DNA of 64,000 nt from an uncultured Hyphomicrobiales bacterium (GTDB taxonomy: Bacteria > Pseudomonadota > Alphaproteobacteria > Rhizobiales > Xanthobacteraceae). The stretch is taken from NCBI GenBank assembly GCA_964641065.1, contig CAZXJZ010000005.1:92-64091 (forward strand), read 5' to 3'. The notes beneath the pieces are model-generated. The model searched no databases, was not told the origin of the DNA, and saw nothing but the letters and a program-made list of their open reading frames with translations. The position numbers and the translations under genes were made by a program. Position 1 is the first letter of the stretch. Each line of letters opens with the position of its first letter. Positions 20,787-30,699 of the stretch are shown in pieces.

Positions 20787-20899
20787 GCTCTCGACCCGCT
20801 CAGCTTCAACGACCGGCGGCCCGCACGCGCAGAATTCTAAAGATTGGCTTGCGCCGCGAAGCAGGGGCTGCCTTCAGCGCTCACCTTTTTCTCTTATAG

Positions 20900-20967
20900 T
20901 AAAGAAGAGGTTAAACACCGTTGTGACCCGGAGAATTCAGCCGACCGCGCGTTAGCCTTTCCTTAAC
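20900..20967. promoter_or_regulatory. Two CtrA-type boxes upstream of the podJ-like gene
   Basis: Minus strand TTAA-cctcttc-TTTA (20900-20914) and plus strand TTAG-cctttcc-TTAAC (20952-20967), one mismatch each from TTAA-N7-TTAA. Confidence 0.6.
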
Positions 20968-21021
20968 AATTGTTTTTTGACGCTGCAGGTCGGGCGGACT
21001 CAGGCGGGCCGGCCTGCTGAA

Positions 21022-21348
21022 TCAGAAATACAAGGCGACCACGCCGCCGGCGCCTGCGATCATCGACATCGACACGACCAGCCAACCGACAAGCAGCCAG
21101 ACCGACCGCGTATACGGACGCCGCGAGCGCTTTCCGGGGCGGCGACCGATCCCTGAACGAGGATGGCTGACGACCAGCGCTTCGGCTGCGAGAGCGGAAG
21201 AGCTGGGCATATATTCCTCGGACAGATCGGCAATCGCGAGGGCGCGTTCCGGCGCTTTCGATGACGCGGCGCGGGCCGCAATTACCCCACGGATATGCTT
21301 TGACATGGCAAGGATCTCGTTCGACAGCGCCACAATACCCGCATCCAA
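21022..21348 (-). CDS. Small hypothetical protein with C-terminal TM helix
   Basis: Basic stretch RRPGKRSRRP then hydrophobic VWLLVGWLVVSMSMIAGAGGVVALYF; fills the gap between two genes. Confidence 0.55.
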   Translation of the reverse strand: MDAGIVALSNEILAMSKHIRGVIAARAASSKAPERALAIADLSEEYMPSSSALAAEALVVSHPRSGIGRRPGKRSRRPYTRSVWLLVGWLVVSMSMIAGAGGVVALYF

Positions 21349-21381
21349 ATGGAGCGAGCGATCAACTTGCCGCTACGGTAA

Positions 21382-21400
21382 ATAACGAAAATTTAACCAT
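21382..21400. promoter_or_regulatory. CtrA-type box
   Basis: ATAA-cgaaaat-TTAACCAT. Confidence 0.6.
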
Positions 21401-21452
21401 AGGGCGGCGCTGCGCGATTGCCGGCCCAGGGGCGGATCGCGTTGGCCGCCGG

Positions 21453-22910
21453 TCAATAGGCGTTCTTGTGAGCGGCTTTAGAGAACACCGTCGAGAACAG
21501 GATCTTGATGTCGAGCCAGATCGACCAATTGTCGATGTAATAAAGATCGCACAAGATGCGGCCCTGGAGTTGCTCCTCGGCGACGATCCCGCCCCGGAAG
21601 CCGTTGATCTGCGCCCAGCCGGTGATGCCGGGTTTGACATTGTGCCGCCGTGCATACAGCGCGATCTTCGATCCCCATGCGCGATCGTGAGCGAGGGCGT
21701 GCGGGCGCGGGCCGACAAGCGACATGTCGCCTCTGATCACATTGAGGATCTGCGGCAACTCGTCGATGCTCCACCGGCGCATGAAGTGGCCCAGGCGGGT
21801 GACGCGCTCATCGTGACGCGTGGCCTGACGGACATGCGCGCCGTCTTCCAGCGCGGACATCGTCCGGAATTTGTAGATCAGGAAAGACTTCTGATTGAAG
21901 CCGTAACGTTGCTGCCGGAACAGCACCGGGCCCGGACTATCGAGTTTGATCAGGATCGCGATCACGAGAAAGAACGGCAGAAGCGCCAGCAGAAGAAGCG
22001 ACGCAACCAGTATGTCGAACACCCGCTTGACGGTGGTGGCTGCGCCCGACATCGGCGGATTCAGCAGATGGAGACTTGCGATCGGTCCGAGCTTCTCGAT
22101 CGTGATGTGATCGAAGCGCTCCAGAATCCGTTCCGGCGCGAGGCTGATCGAGCACGGCAGCGTCATGAATGCATCGATGCAGCGATCGATCGTGGCCTGG
22201 TTCGACCAGGGTGCAATCAGCATGATGTTGTCCGGGGACAGCGCGCGCGCTTTCGCGACGGCGCTGTTCAGCGAGTCGCCTGTCTGGTCCTCGGTCGGCG
22301 ACAGATAGCCAATGCCGACGATCTGACACCCCAGGGAGCGGAGATTGTAGCGCTGGGTGAAATCGCGGACATCGGCCTCGTGTCCGACCAGAAACAGGCG
22401 CTGTCCGGAAATCAGCCCGAGCCGGCTTGCGGCATCGAAGGCGAGAACGCGCAGCACATACACGCTGGTGAGCGAGACCAGCCCGGCGACATAGAACAGG
22501 ACCAGCCATCCGCGCGAATAGAGAATGCTCGTCTTCGACAGGAAGCCGAGGATCACCAGGCAGATGAAGGCGAATGTCCAATAGCGTGCAATCTGCGCGG
22601 GACGCAGATCGAATTTCAGATGCTTCGAGAACAGATACTCGTCACGGTAGAGGCAGGGAATAAGGTAAAGCAGCGCGGTCATCAGTCCGACCTTGACGTA
22701 GTCGGTGAGCGGCCCCGCGTCCTGATAAACGAATGTGTGATAGAGCACGCCCGTGCCGACCGAGACGAGGATCACGGTGGCCGCGTCTGCGCCGCCGGCG
22801 ATCAGGGCAAGGGTGAAACGGCGCAGAGATGGCCGTGACACGATTGACGGGCCCGTTCCCGACCTTTGGTTCAACCAGGTATTCGTCACCGCAAACGCCG
22901 CCTGTTCCAA
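21453..22910 (-). CDS. wcaJ: Undecaprenyl-phosphate glucose phosphotransferase (initiating GT, WcaJ/GumD/ExoY type)
   Basis: N-terminal TMs, KRVFDI, IKLDSPGPVLFRQQRYG, KFRTM, SIDELPQILNVIRGDMSLVGPRPH, KPGITGWAQ, DLYYIDNWS. Confidence 0.93.
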   Translation of the reverse strand: MEQAAFAVTNTWLNQRSGTGPSIVSRPSLRRFTLALIAGGADAATVILVSVGTGVLYHTFVYQDAGPLTDYVKVGLMTALLYLIPCLYRDEYLFSKHLKFDLRPAQIARYWTFAFICLVILGFLSKTSILYSRGWLVLFYVAGLVSLTSVYVLRVLAFDAASRLGLISGQRLFLVGHEADVRDFTQRYNLRSLGCQIVGIGYLSPTEDQTGDSLNSAVAKARALSPDNIMLIAPWSNQATIDRCIDAFMTLPCSISLAPERILERFDHITIEKLGPIASLHLLNPPMSGAATTVKRVFDILVASLLLLALLPFFLVIAILIKLDSPGPVLFRQQRYGFNQKSFLIYKFRTMSALEDGAHVRQATRHDERVTRLGHFMRRWSIDELPQILNVIRGDMSLVGPRPHALAHDRAWGSKIALYARRHNVKPGITGWAQINGFRGGIVAEEQLQGRILCDLYYIDNWSIWLDIKILFSTVFSKAAHKNAY

Positions 22911-23157
22911 AAAGAGGCGGTTTGCGCGACCGCCATCGCTTGTGATGACGAGTCAGCAATTGCGGGGCCGCGGCCGCGTTTACCAATGGCGTCCGAGCGA
23001 GCGACTTGTGTTGCGCCTGAAAAATGCGGGTTCGTCTGAGTTGACGTGCGGCGTGCGCTGTGAGGCCGCGCCGCCCAGGCCGCCGCGACGCTGTGCCGGA
23101 TGTCCTAAGCTGGCACGCGAACGCGAAGCGCCGTGGCAGCGTTAATTCATGGCGCCA

Positions 23158-24426
23158 TTAATTGACGGACTTGACGTTGATCGTGTTCCGAAGCGCGAAG
23201 CCGTCGCCGGCCGTCGCAATCATGGTGCGGACGAATGTCAGGAACTTGGTGAAGTCGACGGTCGCCGCATTCGAGATGTAGATGACGTCCTTGTTCTGGA
23301 TCGGCGTTGAGGTCGCGAGAAAGTATCCGGCCGGATCGCCGAAATTCGCCCAGTAGATCACCGGGACCTGGCGGGTGTTGCCCCAGCGGCTGATGTCGAC
23401 GCCCAGTTCTGCGAGATATTCGGTCGGCTCCACGCGATAGATGAAGACCGTCCGCGGATCGGCCTGGGAGTCGATCAGGCCGCCGGCCTTGCCGACGGCT
23501 TCGGCCAGCGACAGGCGGTCCTGGTCGAAATTGAACTGGCCCTGCTGTCCGGTCGCGCCGAAGGCGAGAAATGTCTGCTGCTCGCTGAAGACGTAGATGG
23601 TGTCGCCGGGCTGCACGTTGATGTTGTTGTCCGGTTCCGCGATCAGCCGGTTGAAGCCGACCGTCTGCTTGTGGCCACGCCGCTGCAATGTGACAAATGT
23701 CTGCCAGCCCTGGTTCTTCGGACCGCCTGCGCGGGCAATCGAGTCGAGAATGCGTTCTCCCGGCAGCGACAGCGCAAATTTGAGCGGGCTGTTGACGTCT
23801 CCCATGACGCTGACAAGGTTCGAGCGTTGCTCGGCGATCGTGATGACGACTTGCGGCTCGATCGCCCGGTTTTTCAGGCGGCTGACGATGTCGCTTTGAA
23901 CCTCCGGCACGGTCCGGCCGGAGGCGCGAACCTGCCCCGCATAGGGAACGGTGATGTTTCCGGCGCGATCGACGGTCTGGTTGGGGATCTGGACGAAATT
24001 GCCGGGCCGTGATGCCGCCTGCAATGGAATGAACAGGCCGCCGGCCTGCGCCTCGAACACCGTGACTGCGACAACGTCGCCGACGCCAAGCCGGATGTCG
24101 GGCGCCGGCGGCCGGTCGGAAAACGTACCTACGCCCTTGAGCCCGCCGCGGCGTGAGAGCGCAGTCGCCACGCGAGGCGACAGCGGCACGAGTTCGTATT
24201 GAGCGTCCGGCCCGCCATTATAGGCCATGATGTCGGGGCTGTAGGGGCCCGATGCCGAAAACAGGCCGCAACCGGTCGTCAGCAGCGGAACGAGCGCGAC
24301 CGAGATGCGCGCCAGCCAGGTTCGCGCCCAAGCGGATTGCGGACGGGAACCGGCGCGGCTCGCACCCTCGCGGGGCAACCGGTCGCGCGGACCCACCGCA
24401 ACAATGGGGCACCTGAAAATCGTCAT
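23158..24426 (-). CDS. wza: Outer-membrane polysaccharide export lipoprotein
   Basis: Lipobox LLTTG-C; LGVGDVVAVTVFE, VDRAGNITVPYAGQV, two SLBB domains, DVIYISNA. Confidence 0.92.
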   Translation of the reverse strand: MTIFRCPIVAVGPRDRLPREGASRAGSRPQSAWARTWLARISVALVPLLTTGCGLFSASGPYSPDIMAYNGGPDAQYELVPLSPRVATALSRRGGLKGVGTFSDRPPAPDIRLGVGDVVAVTVFEAQAGGLFIPLQAASRPGNFVQIPNQTVDRAGNITVPYAGQVRASGRTVPEVQSDIVSRLKNRAIEPQVVITIAEQRSNLVSVMGDVNSPLKFALSLPGERILDSIARAGGPKNQGWQTFVTLQRRGHKQTVGFNRLIAEPDNNINVQPGDTIYVFSEQQTFLAFGATGQQGQFNFDQDRLSLAEAVGKAGGLIDSQADPRTVFIYRVEPTEYLAELGVDISRWGNTRQVPVIYWANFGDPAGYFLATSTPIQNKDVIYISNAATVDFTKFLTFVRTMIATAGDGFALRNTINVKSVN

Positions 24427-24472
24427 CGAACCCAGTTCGGCATGCGAGCACTGGGGCGATAATTCGAAGTTT

Positions 24473-24491
24473 ATGGTTAATGGAGCTTTAA
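24473..24491. promoter_or_regulatory. Perfect CtrA consensus box in the wza/wzc divergent promoter region
   Basis: TTAA-tggagct-TTAA (24477-24491) overlapping ATGGTTAA (reverse complement TTAACCAT, 24473-24480); TTAATCAT also at 24571. Confidence 0.75.
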
Positions 24492-24713
24492 GAAGCGCGG
24501 CCGCGTCCGCCGCGGGCGACCGTATTCCGCCGCTTGATACTATTCGGCCGTGTCCGGCGCGGGCCGGCAGTTAATCATTCAAGGGCTGTTTGCTTGCGCC
24601 GCAGGAGGCGATGCCATATCCGGCTTTGGGGGGTAGGCCTTTGTCGGGCGGCCGTTTTTCGAACCGACAACGTCTCACGGCACGGGACGTAAGTGTGTGA
24701 GTAGGTCATCGCC

Positions 24714-27008
24714 ATGCTTAACGCCAGCCCGCTCAGGCGACCGGAGATCAGCGCACCGACCGCGCCGGGGTCGGACGGCAACGTTGCGATCGACCTCCAC
24801 GGTATCTTCCGGTTCTTGCGCCGGCGTGCGGTTGTCATTGTCGCCGTTGCTGCAGTGACAGGCCTGATGGGTTTGATCTACAGCCTGACGGCAACTCCCA
24901 AATATACGGCAGCTTCCCGGGTTCTGGTCGACAACAGCAGCATCAAGGCGTTGCGCGACCAGTCTGCGACGTCGGATTCACCTGTGTCGGTTACGCTCGA
25001 CAGCCAGGTCGAGATCATCAAGTCCGAGCGTGTGCTCCAGCGCGTCGTGAAGCAGCTGAACCTCGCAAAAGAGCCGGAGTTTCAGAAGCAGCCGGGCCTG
25101 GTGACCAAACTCAAGAACACGATCGCCGGACTGATTTCACCCGGAGAAGTCGAGCAGGCGGAGCCTTTCGAGGACGAACTGCTGGTCGACTGGCTGAGAA
25201 GCGATCTCGATGTCCGGCGCGTCGGCTTCACCAATGTGATCGAGATCAGGTTTACGTCGCGCAATCCGGAACAGGCGGCGCGAGTCGCGAACGCCGTCGC
25301 CGATGCCTATCTCGCCGATATTCTGGAAGCAAAACACGAGATGGGCCGGCGTGCCGGACTCTGGCTCGAAGAGCGTTTGAAGCAATTGTCGGAACAGACC
25401 TCGGAGTCCGACAAGGCGGTCCAGAAGTTCAAGTCGGACAACAACATCGTCAACACCGGGCGCGGCCTGATCAACGAGCAGCAGATCGCCGAGGTCAGCA
25501 CGCAGATCATTCTGGCGCGGACACAGGTTGCCGAGGCGAAGGCCCGGTGGGACCGTGTCGAAGAAATCCTGAAGGGCGACGCCAGCGACGCGACGATTAC
25601 CGAGTCGCTGCGAAACGACGTCATCGTCAGGCTGCGCCAGCAATATCTGGAAGTCGCGCGGCGCGAAGCCGAGCTGTCGGCGCGCTATGGCTTCAAGCAC
25701 ATGGCCGCGGTCAATCTGCGAACCGAAAAGAACCAGCTTCTCGACAACATCAAGGATGAGCTCCGGCGCATCGCGCAGAGCTACAAAAGCGATTACGAAA
25801 TCGCAAAGCTTCGCGAGACGACCCTGCAGAACAGCCTCGACGCGCTTGTGTCGCAGACACAGAACACCAATCAGGCGCAGGTCAAGCTTCGCGCCCTGGA
25901 AAGCGCCGTCCAGACGTCGCGCGAAGTGCAGGAAAATTTCCTCAAGAAATACATGGAAATCGCGCAGCAGGAGTCCTTCCCGGTCACCGAGGCGCGGATC
26001 ATCTCGACGGCGAAGACGCCCCGCTACAAGAGTTCGCCCGCGACCACCCGCATCACACTGGGGAGCGGCTTTCTCGGTCTGTTTCTCGGCCTGATTTTCG
26101 CTCTCGGCCTCGAGGCGACCGACTCGACCTTCCGCACACAGGGTCAAGTCGAAGACGTTCTCGGCTGCAAGGCGCTGGGAATCTTGCCGGACATCGGCCA
26201 TCCGACATTGCCGTACCGCACGCTGCGCAGCGGTTCGATGGCGCGCGCCGGTCCCGGAAAACGCTTGCTCAGCGACGATCTTGGATCGCTGCGCTATGCA
26301 GTCGACAATCCCACGTCGCACTTCGCCGAGACGTTGCGCCACGTCAAGCTCGAGGCGGCCGCCATTGCGCCGGTCGCAAGCGGCGGCCAGGTGATCGGCT
26401 TCTGCTCGACCAGACCAGGTGAAGGCAAGAGCTTCGTCGCCGCGAACTTCGCCGAGGCGATGGCCGATAGCGGCCGGAGTTGCATTCTGGTCGACTGCGA
26501 TCTGCGGTATCCGGCGCTGACCTATATGCTCAGCCCGGAAGCGGATTACGGTTTGGCCGAAATCGTCAAGGGGCGGGCGGCGCTGGATGGCGCGGTCTGG
26601 ACGGACAGTCTGACAAGAATGGCGTTCATGCCTGCCGCTTCGCAGGGGCAGGTTCACAATCCGCACGATCTGCTCGCTTCGGCGGGCCTGCAGGATCTCG
26701 TCGAGGCGCTCCGCAAACGGTACGACTTCGTCGTGCTCGATCTTCCGCCCATCGTCCCATTCGCGGATGTTCGCGCGATGATCGACGTCGTAGATTCGTT
26801 CGTCTTCATCGTCGAATGGGGCAATACGAGCCGCGACGCGGCGTTGTCCGCGCTCCGGGCCGCGCCCGGCATCGAGGACAAGCTTCTCGGTTGTCTTCTG
26901 AACAAGGCCGACGTGGACAAGCTCAGTCACTATTGCCGCAACGGCGAGAGCAACTATTACGATCGGTATCGCGCGGGCCAGGGCTACAAGCGGGGCATGC
27001 GGGCATGA
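24714..27008 (+). CDS. wzc: Polysaccharide co-polymerase / BY tyrosine kinase (Wzc/ExoP/GumC)
   Basis: Two TMs flanking a coiled-coil periplasmic domain; Walker A PGEGKS, Walker A' LVDCDLR, Walker B VVLDLPP; C-terminal Tyr cluster HYCRNGESNYYDRY..GY. Confidence 0.95.
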   Translation: MLNASPLRRPEISAPTAPGSDGNVAIDLHGIFRFLRRRAVVIVAVAAVTGLMGLIYSLTATPKYTAASRVLVDNSSIKALRDQSATSDSPVSVTLDSQVEIIKSERVLQRVVKQLNLAKEPEFQKQPGLVTKLKNTIAGLISPGEVEQAEPFEDELLVDWLRSDLDVRRVGFTNVIEIRFTSRNPEQAARVANAVADAYLADILEAKHEMGRRAGLWLEERLKQLSEQTSESDKAVQKFKSDNNIVNTGRGLINEQQIAEVSTQIILARTQVAEAKARWDRVEEILKGDASDATITESLRNDVIVRLRQQYLEVARREAELSARYGFKHMAAVNLRTEKNQLLDNIKDELRRIAQSYKSDYEIAKLRETTLQNSLDALVSQTQNTNQAQVKLRALESAVQTSREVQENFLKKYMEIAQQESFPVTEARIISTAKTPRYKSSPATTRITLGSGFLGLFLGLIFALGLEATDSTFRTQGQVEDVLGCKALGILPDIGHPTLPYRTLRSGSMARAGPGKRLLSDDLGSLRYAVDNPTSHFAETLRHVKLEAAAIAPVASGGQVIGFCSTRPGEGKSFVAANFAEAMADSGRSCILVDCDLRYPALTYMLSPEADYGLAEIVKGRAALDGAVWTDSLTRMAFMPAASQGQVHNPHDLLASAGLQDLVEALRKRYDFVVLDLPPIVPFADVRAMIDVVDSFVFIVEWGNTSRDAALSALRAAPGIEDKLLGCLLNKADVDKLSHYCRNGESNYYDRYRAGQGYKRGMRA

Positions 27009-27057
27009 AGTGGGTCAGCGCGGTCAAGCGGCCGTCGTCCCGGGGATTGCGTCCGCG

Positions 27058-28221
27058 ATGACCGGCACAATTCTCGTCAATCATCTGCTCGAGCCGCCGA
27101 ACCTGATTTCCGGGATCTCGCGCTATCTGTTTGCCTTGCTCGAGGAACTGGCGCAGTCGCGGCGCTATCGCTATGTGCTCGCGACCACATGGGATGCCGA
27201 AAGTCTCCCGGCATCGTTGCGGCAGACGGCGATCGACATCCGCACTCTTCCCTATCATCCGAAGACGCCGGTCAACGTCATGAGCCAGGTCGCGACCGTG
27301 CCGCGGCTGATGCGCGAGACCGGCGCCGCGCTCGAGTTCAACTGCAATCCGGTCGGGTGTTTCTGGGGAGGCTGGCCGCGCGTCATCACCGTGCATGACA
27401 TGTACATGGAGACGATGCCCGATTCCTATCCGCTGAGGCATCGACTGTGGTGGAAGGCCCTGTTTCCGCTCAGCCTGCGAGCGGCCTCGGCGGTCGTCTG
27501 CGTGTCGCAGGCCACGCGGCGCGATGTCGAGACGCGATATCCGTTCGCCCGGGACAAGCTCGCTGTGGTCCATGAAGCGCCGATCATCGATGCTGCGCAA
27601 CCCGGCGTGCCGCAGCCGGATGGCCGGTTCGACACACCCTATGGCCTTTATGTCGGCAATGTCTCGCCGAACAAGAATGTCGCCATTCTCGTCGAAGCGC
27701 TGAAGCAGCTGAAGCGGGATGGCGATGCGCCCGTCATCTGTCACATCGGTCGTGACCAGGCCGGGCTTCTGGCCGAGGCGGAACGGCGCGCGGGCGGCAA
27801 CATCATCCGCAAGATGGGCACGCTGTCGGATGCCGACCTCGTCAGCGCCTATCGCGGCGCGACCTGCTTCATCAATACGTCGCTGAACGAGGGCTTCTGC
27901 CTCCCGGTGGTCGAGGCGCAGTCTCTCGGCGCGCCAGTCATCTGTGCCGATATTGCGGTGCTGCGCGAGGTCGCCGGCGAGGGTGCGCTGTTCTTTCCGC
28001 CGCATGACGCAGCGGCACTGGCGAGCCGTATCCGATCGATCTTCGGCGATGCGCAATTGCAGCGGCGGATGTCGCGAGCCAGCCTCGATAACGCCGCGCG
28101 CTTCTCGTGGCGCAAGGCAGCCGGCGAGACCGAAGCGATCTTCGATGCGGCCCTTACCGGGTACACGCGGCCGGCAACCGCGGATCTGCCGCAACAGGCG
28201 GGAGCGTTCGGTGACCGGTAA
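27058..28221 (+). CDS. Glycosyltransferase family 4
   Basis: VITVHD, VCVSQATR, YVGNVSPNKN, SLNEGFCLPVVEAQSLGAPVI. Confidence 0.93.
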   Translation: MTGTILVNHLLEPPNLISGISRYLFALLEELAQSRRYRYVLATTWDAESLPASLRQTAIDIRTLPYHPKTPVNVMSQVATVPRLMRETGAALEFNCNPVGCFWGGWPRVITVHDMYMETMPDSYPLRHRLWWKALFPLSLRAASAVVCVSQATRRDVETRYPFARDKLAVVHEAPIIDAAQPGVPQPDGRFDTPYGLYVGNVSPNKNVAILVEALKQLKRDGDAPVICHIGRDQAGLLAEAERRAGGNIIRKMGTLSDADLVSAYRGATCFINTSLNEGFCLPVVEAQSLGAPVICADIAVLREVAGEGALFFPPHDAAALASRIRSIFGDAQLQRRMSRASLDNAARFSWRKAAGETEAIFDAALTGYTRPATADLPQQAGAFGDR

Positions 28222-29338
28222 ACGCGAGCCCGTTCAGCGCCGCCTGCGCATCGATCATACCCATATGGGCCGGCGCTCGACCGGCATTGAGCGCATCACC
28301 CGCGAGTTGTTCAGTCCATCGGTGTTGTCGCCGCTGCCGGTGGAGACCGTCACCGCGGGGAGCGGGCGCCTCGGCGTGGTCATGGCGCAGAATATGACGC
28401 TGCCGCGCGAGGCGCTGCGGCACAGCGACGATGTGTTTGTGTTTCCGGGATTTCCACCGTCTCCGTATTTTTCTCTCGCGCGCCGCGACAAGACGGTTCT
28501 TTACGTGCACGACGTGTTTCTCCTGACGCGGCGCGCCGAACTGAATCTCGCCGCGCGTCTCTATTTCGCACCGCTGTTCGCGCTCGCGGTGCGTTCGCTG
28601 AAATACTTCCTGACCAATTCCGAATACACGGCTTCGACGCTACGGCCGTTCTGCCGAGCCGATGCGAGCATCACGCTGTGCCGCCCCGCGGTGCGCAATG
28701 TGTTCGGGCTCACTGTCGGGGACCGTGCATCCCGCACTGACGCGCCGGGCTCGCTGACCATGTGCGCGATCGGGACGATCGAACCCCGCAAGAATTTCCG
28801 GGCGGCGGCGGAGATCTGCGGCGCTCTCTCCGCCCGCCTCGGTATTCCGGTGCATTTGCACATCATCGGACGCCCGGGCTGGGGCCCCGATGCGGAATGG
28901 CTGGCGCAACAGCCGTATGTGAAGCTGCTCGGTCCGCTGCCGGACCGGGACGCGCGCGCTGCGATCGAGGCCGCCGACTTTCTGATCTGCACCTCGCGCG
29001 ACGAAGGCCTCGGCCTTCCGCTGCTCGAAGTCCAGCATGGCGGCGTGCCGGTGATCGCGCCGGATATGCCGGTGTTTCGTGAAGTGCTGGGACGTTCGGG
29101 CCTGCTGGTCGATGCGGAGAATGCTGGCGCAGCGGCGGCCGCGATCGCGACGCTGTACGCGTCGGAGGGCTGGCGCGCCCGATCCACCGAGGCGGCTCTG
29201 GCCAATGTCGCGCGCTGGAACGCGCTGGCCGAGAGCGATCATGCGGCGGTGTGCGGCATGTTCGCGCAGATGCTGGGCCTGGAGCGGCCAATGCGCGATA
29301 TCGCCGACGCCGCGCCGGCCCACTCCCGCGCTGCATAA
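28211..29338 (+). CDS. Glycosyltransferase family 4
   Basis: IGTIEPRKNF, SRDEGLGLPLLE..HGGVPVIAPD; GTG start 28211 overlaps the previous gene end. Confidence 0.9.
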   Translation: MTGKREPVQRRLRIDHTHMGRRSTGIERITRELFSPSVLSPLPVETVTAGSGRLGVVMAQNMTLPREALRHSDDVFVFPGFPPSPYFSLARRDKTVLYVHDVFLLTRRAELNLAARLYFAPLFALAVRSLKYFLTNSEYTASTLRPFCRADASITLCRPAVRNVFGLTVGDRASRTDAPGSLTMCAIGTIEPRKNFRAAAEICGALSARLGIPVHLHIIGRPGWGPDAEWLAQQPYVKLLGPLPDRDARAAIEAADFLICTSRDEGLGLPLLEVQHGGVPVIAPDMPVFREVLGRSGLLVDAENAGAAAAAIATLYASEGWRARSTEAALANVARWNALAESDHAAVCGMFAQMLGLERPMRDIADAAPAHSRAA

Positions 29339-29365
29339 GTTGCCACCAGCGTCTGCGGGCGGCTG

Positions 29366-29384
29366 TTTAGATTTCGTTAACCAT
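29366..29384 (+). promoter_or_regulatory. CtrA-type box upstream of the small secreted repeat protein
   Basis: TTTA-gatttcg-TTAACCAT. Confidence 0.6.
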
Positions 29385-29431
29385 ACCGGCAGCAGATTGC
29401 GCGCTGAATCACCGTCTCGGGAGGCGCTCGC

Positions 29432-29710
29432 ATGAAGCCATTTCTTCTCGCCGGAGCTTTTCTGATCGCGGCGTCCGCTTATGCCGAAGCGCAGACCGCG
29501 CCGACACCGGCTCGGATCAATTCCCGTGTTGATTCGCTGAGATACAATTCCAATCCGAGCACGCTCGGGCCGAACGATTCACAAAGCCAGTATGGGTTGA
29601 GCAACCGGACGGATTCACGAATTCGCTCGCGGGTCGACTCGCTCAACTACAATACCAATCCGAGCCAGTTCCGGATTGTCGATCCGCGATTCAACGTTCA
29701 GCGGTTCTGA
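29432..29710 (+). CDS. Small secreted protein with an internal 16-aa repeat
   Basis: GGGAGG RBS; signal peptide MKPFLLAGAFLIAASAYAEA-Q; RINSRVDSLRYNSNPS and RIRSRVDSLNYNTNPS. Confidence 0.85.
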   Translation: MKPFLLAGAFLIAASAYAEAQTAPTPARINSRVDSLRYNSNPSTLGPNDSQSQYGLSNRTDSRIRSRVDSLNYNTNPSQFRIVDPRFNVQRF

Positions 29711-29882
29711 ACCGCGCCGGTTTCGCCGGCCCAAACATGCCGGTCTCCCGCTCTTGCGGCGGTTAGGCTTAACACGCCAATCCTCCCTGTTCCGGCTGAA
29801 ACGCCGATAAAATTCGACATGGTCCGGACCAGCGCTCCGGGTGCGATGACATCGCGCCGGGTGCGCTCCCGATCGCTCGTTC

Positions 29883-30686
29883 GTGTTTGCAATGGAATGC
29901 CAGTCTATGCGTAACCGTTATGGACTCGTCGAAATCGACGGCCAGGTCATCACCACCCGCAATCTCTCCGACTCGGTCGGCGCGATCGTGCGGCGTCTCG
30001 GTGAGATGAAGTCGTTTCTGGTTTGCACCCTCAACCTCGACCACCTTGTGAAGCTGCGCAGCGATCCGCGTTTTCGCGATGCCTATGCAAAGGCCGAGAT
30101 CGTAATGCCGGACGGATTTCCGATCGTTGCCTTTGCAAAGATGGAGGGCGTGTCTCTCGAACGGGCGACCGGCGCCGACCTGATCGTGCCGCTATGCCGC
30201 GAGGCCGCAGCGCTGGGCTATCCGGTCTATCTGTTCGGCTCGACATTCGAAACGCTGCGCGTCGCCGGCCGCAATCTTTCGGCGACGATCCCGGGCCTGC
30301 AGATCGCGGGAATCATGGCGCCGCCGCAAAACTTCGACGTCGCCTCGCCGATGTCCGACGACGCCATCGCCATCATCGGACAATCCGGCGCGCGCATCTG
30401 TCTTGTTGCCCTGGGAGCGCCACGGCAGGAGTTGTTTTCGGCACGCGCGGTCGACAAGACAGCGGGCATGGCATTCCTGGGAATCGGCGCGTCGCTCGAT
30501 TTCATCGCCGGCAGTCAGACGCGCTGTCCGCTGCTGGTGCGGAAACTCAATCTCGAATGGGCGTGGCGCGCTGCGTCCAATCCGCGTCGTCTGGTGCCGC
30601 GTTATGCGGCCTGCGCTGCGTTATTTGCGAGGCTCTACGCCGGCTATGCATGGCGCAACTGGTGGCCGGCTCAGTCCCGCTCCTGA
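29883..30686 (+). CDS. WecB/TagA/CpsF (GT26) glycosyltransferase
   Basis: TLNLDH, PDGFPIV, ERATGADL, VALGAPRQE, GASLDF, LEWAWR..PRRL..RY; start may be ATG 29907. Confidence 0.93.
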   Translation: MFAMECQSMRNRYGLVEIDGQVITTRNLSDSVGAIVRRLGEMKSFLVCTLNLDHLVKLRSDPRFRDAYAKAEIVMPDGFPIVAFAKMEGVSLERATGADLIVPLCREAAALGYPVYLFGSTFETLRVAGRNLSATIPGLQIAGIMAPPQNFDVASPMSDDAIAIIGQSGARICLVALGAPRQELFSARAVDKTAGMAFLGIGASLDFIAGSQTRCPLLVRKLNLEWAWRAASNPRRLVPRYAACAALFARLYAGYAWRNWWPAQSRS

Positions 30687-30699
30687 AGCGCGGCTGAGA

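Noticed and set aside
29432-29710. RiPP precursor interpretation of the repeat protein
   Set aside because: It has a Sec signal peptide and no neighbouring modification enzymes, peptidase or transporter.
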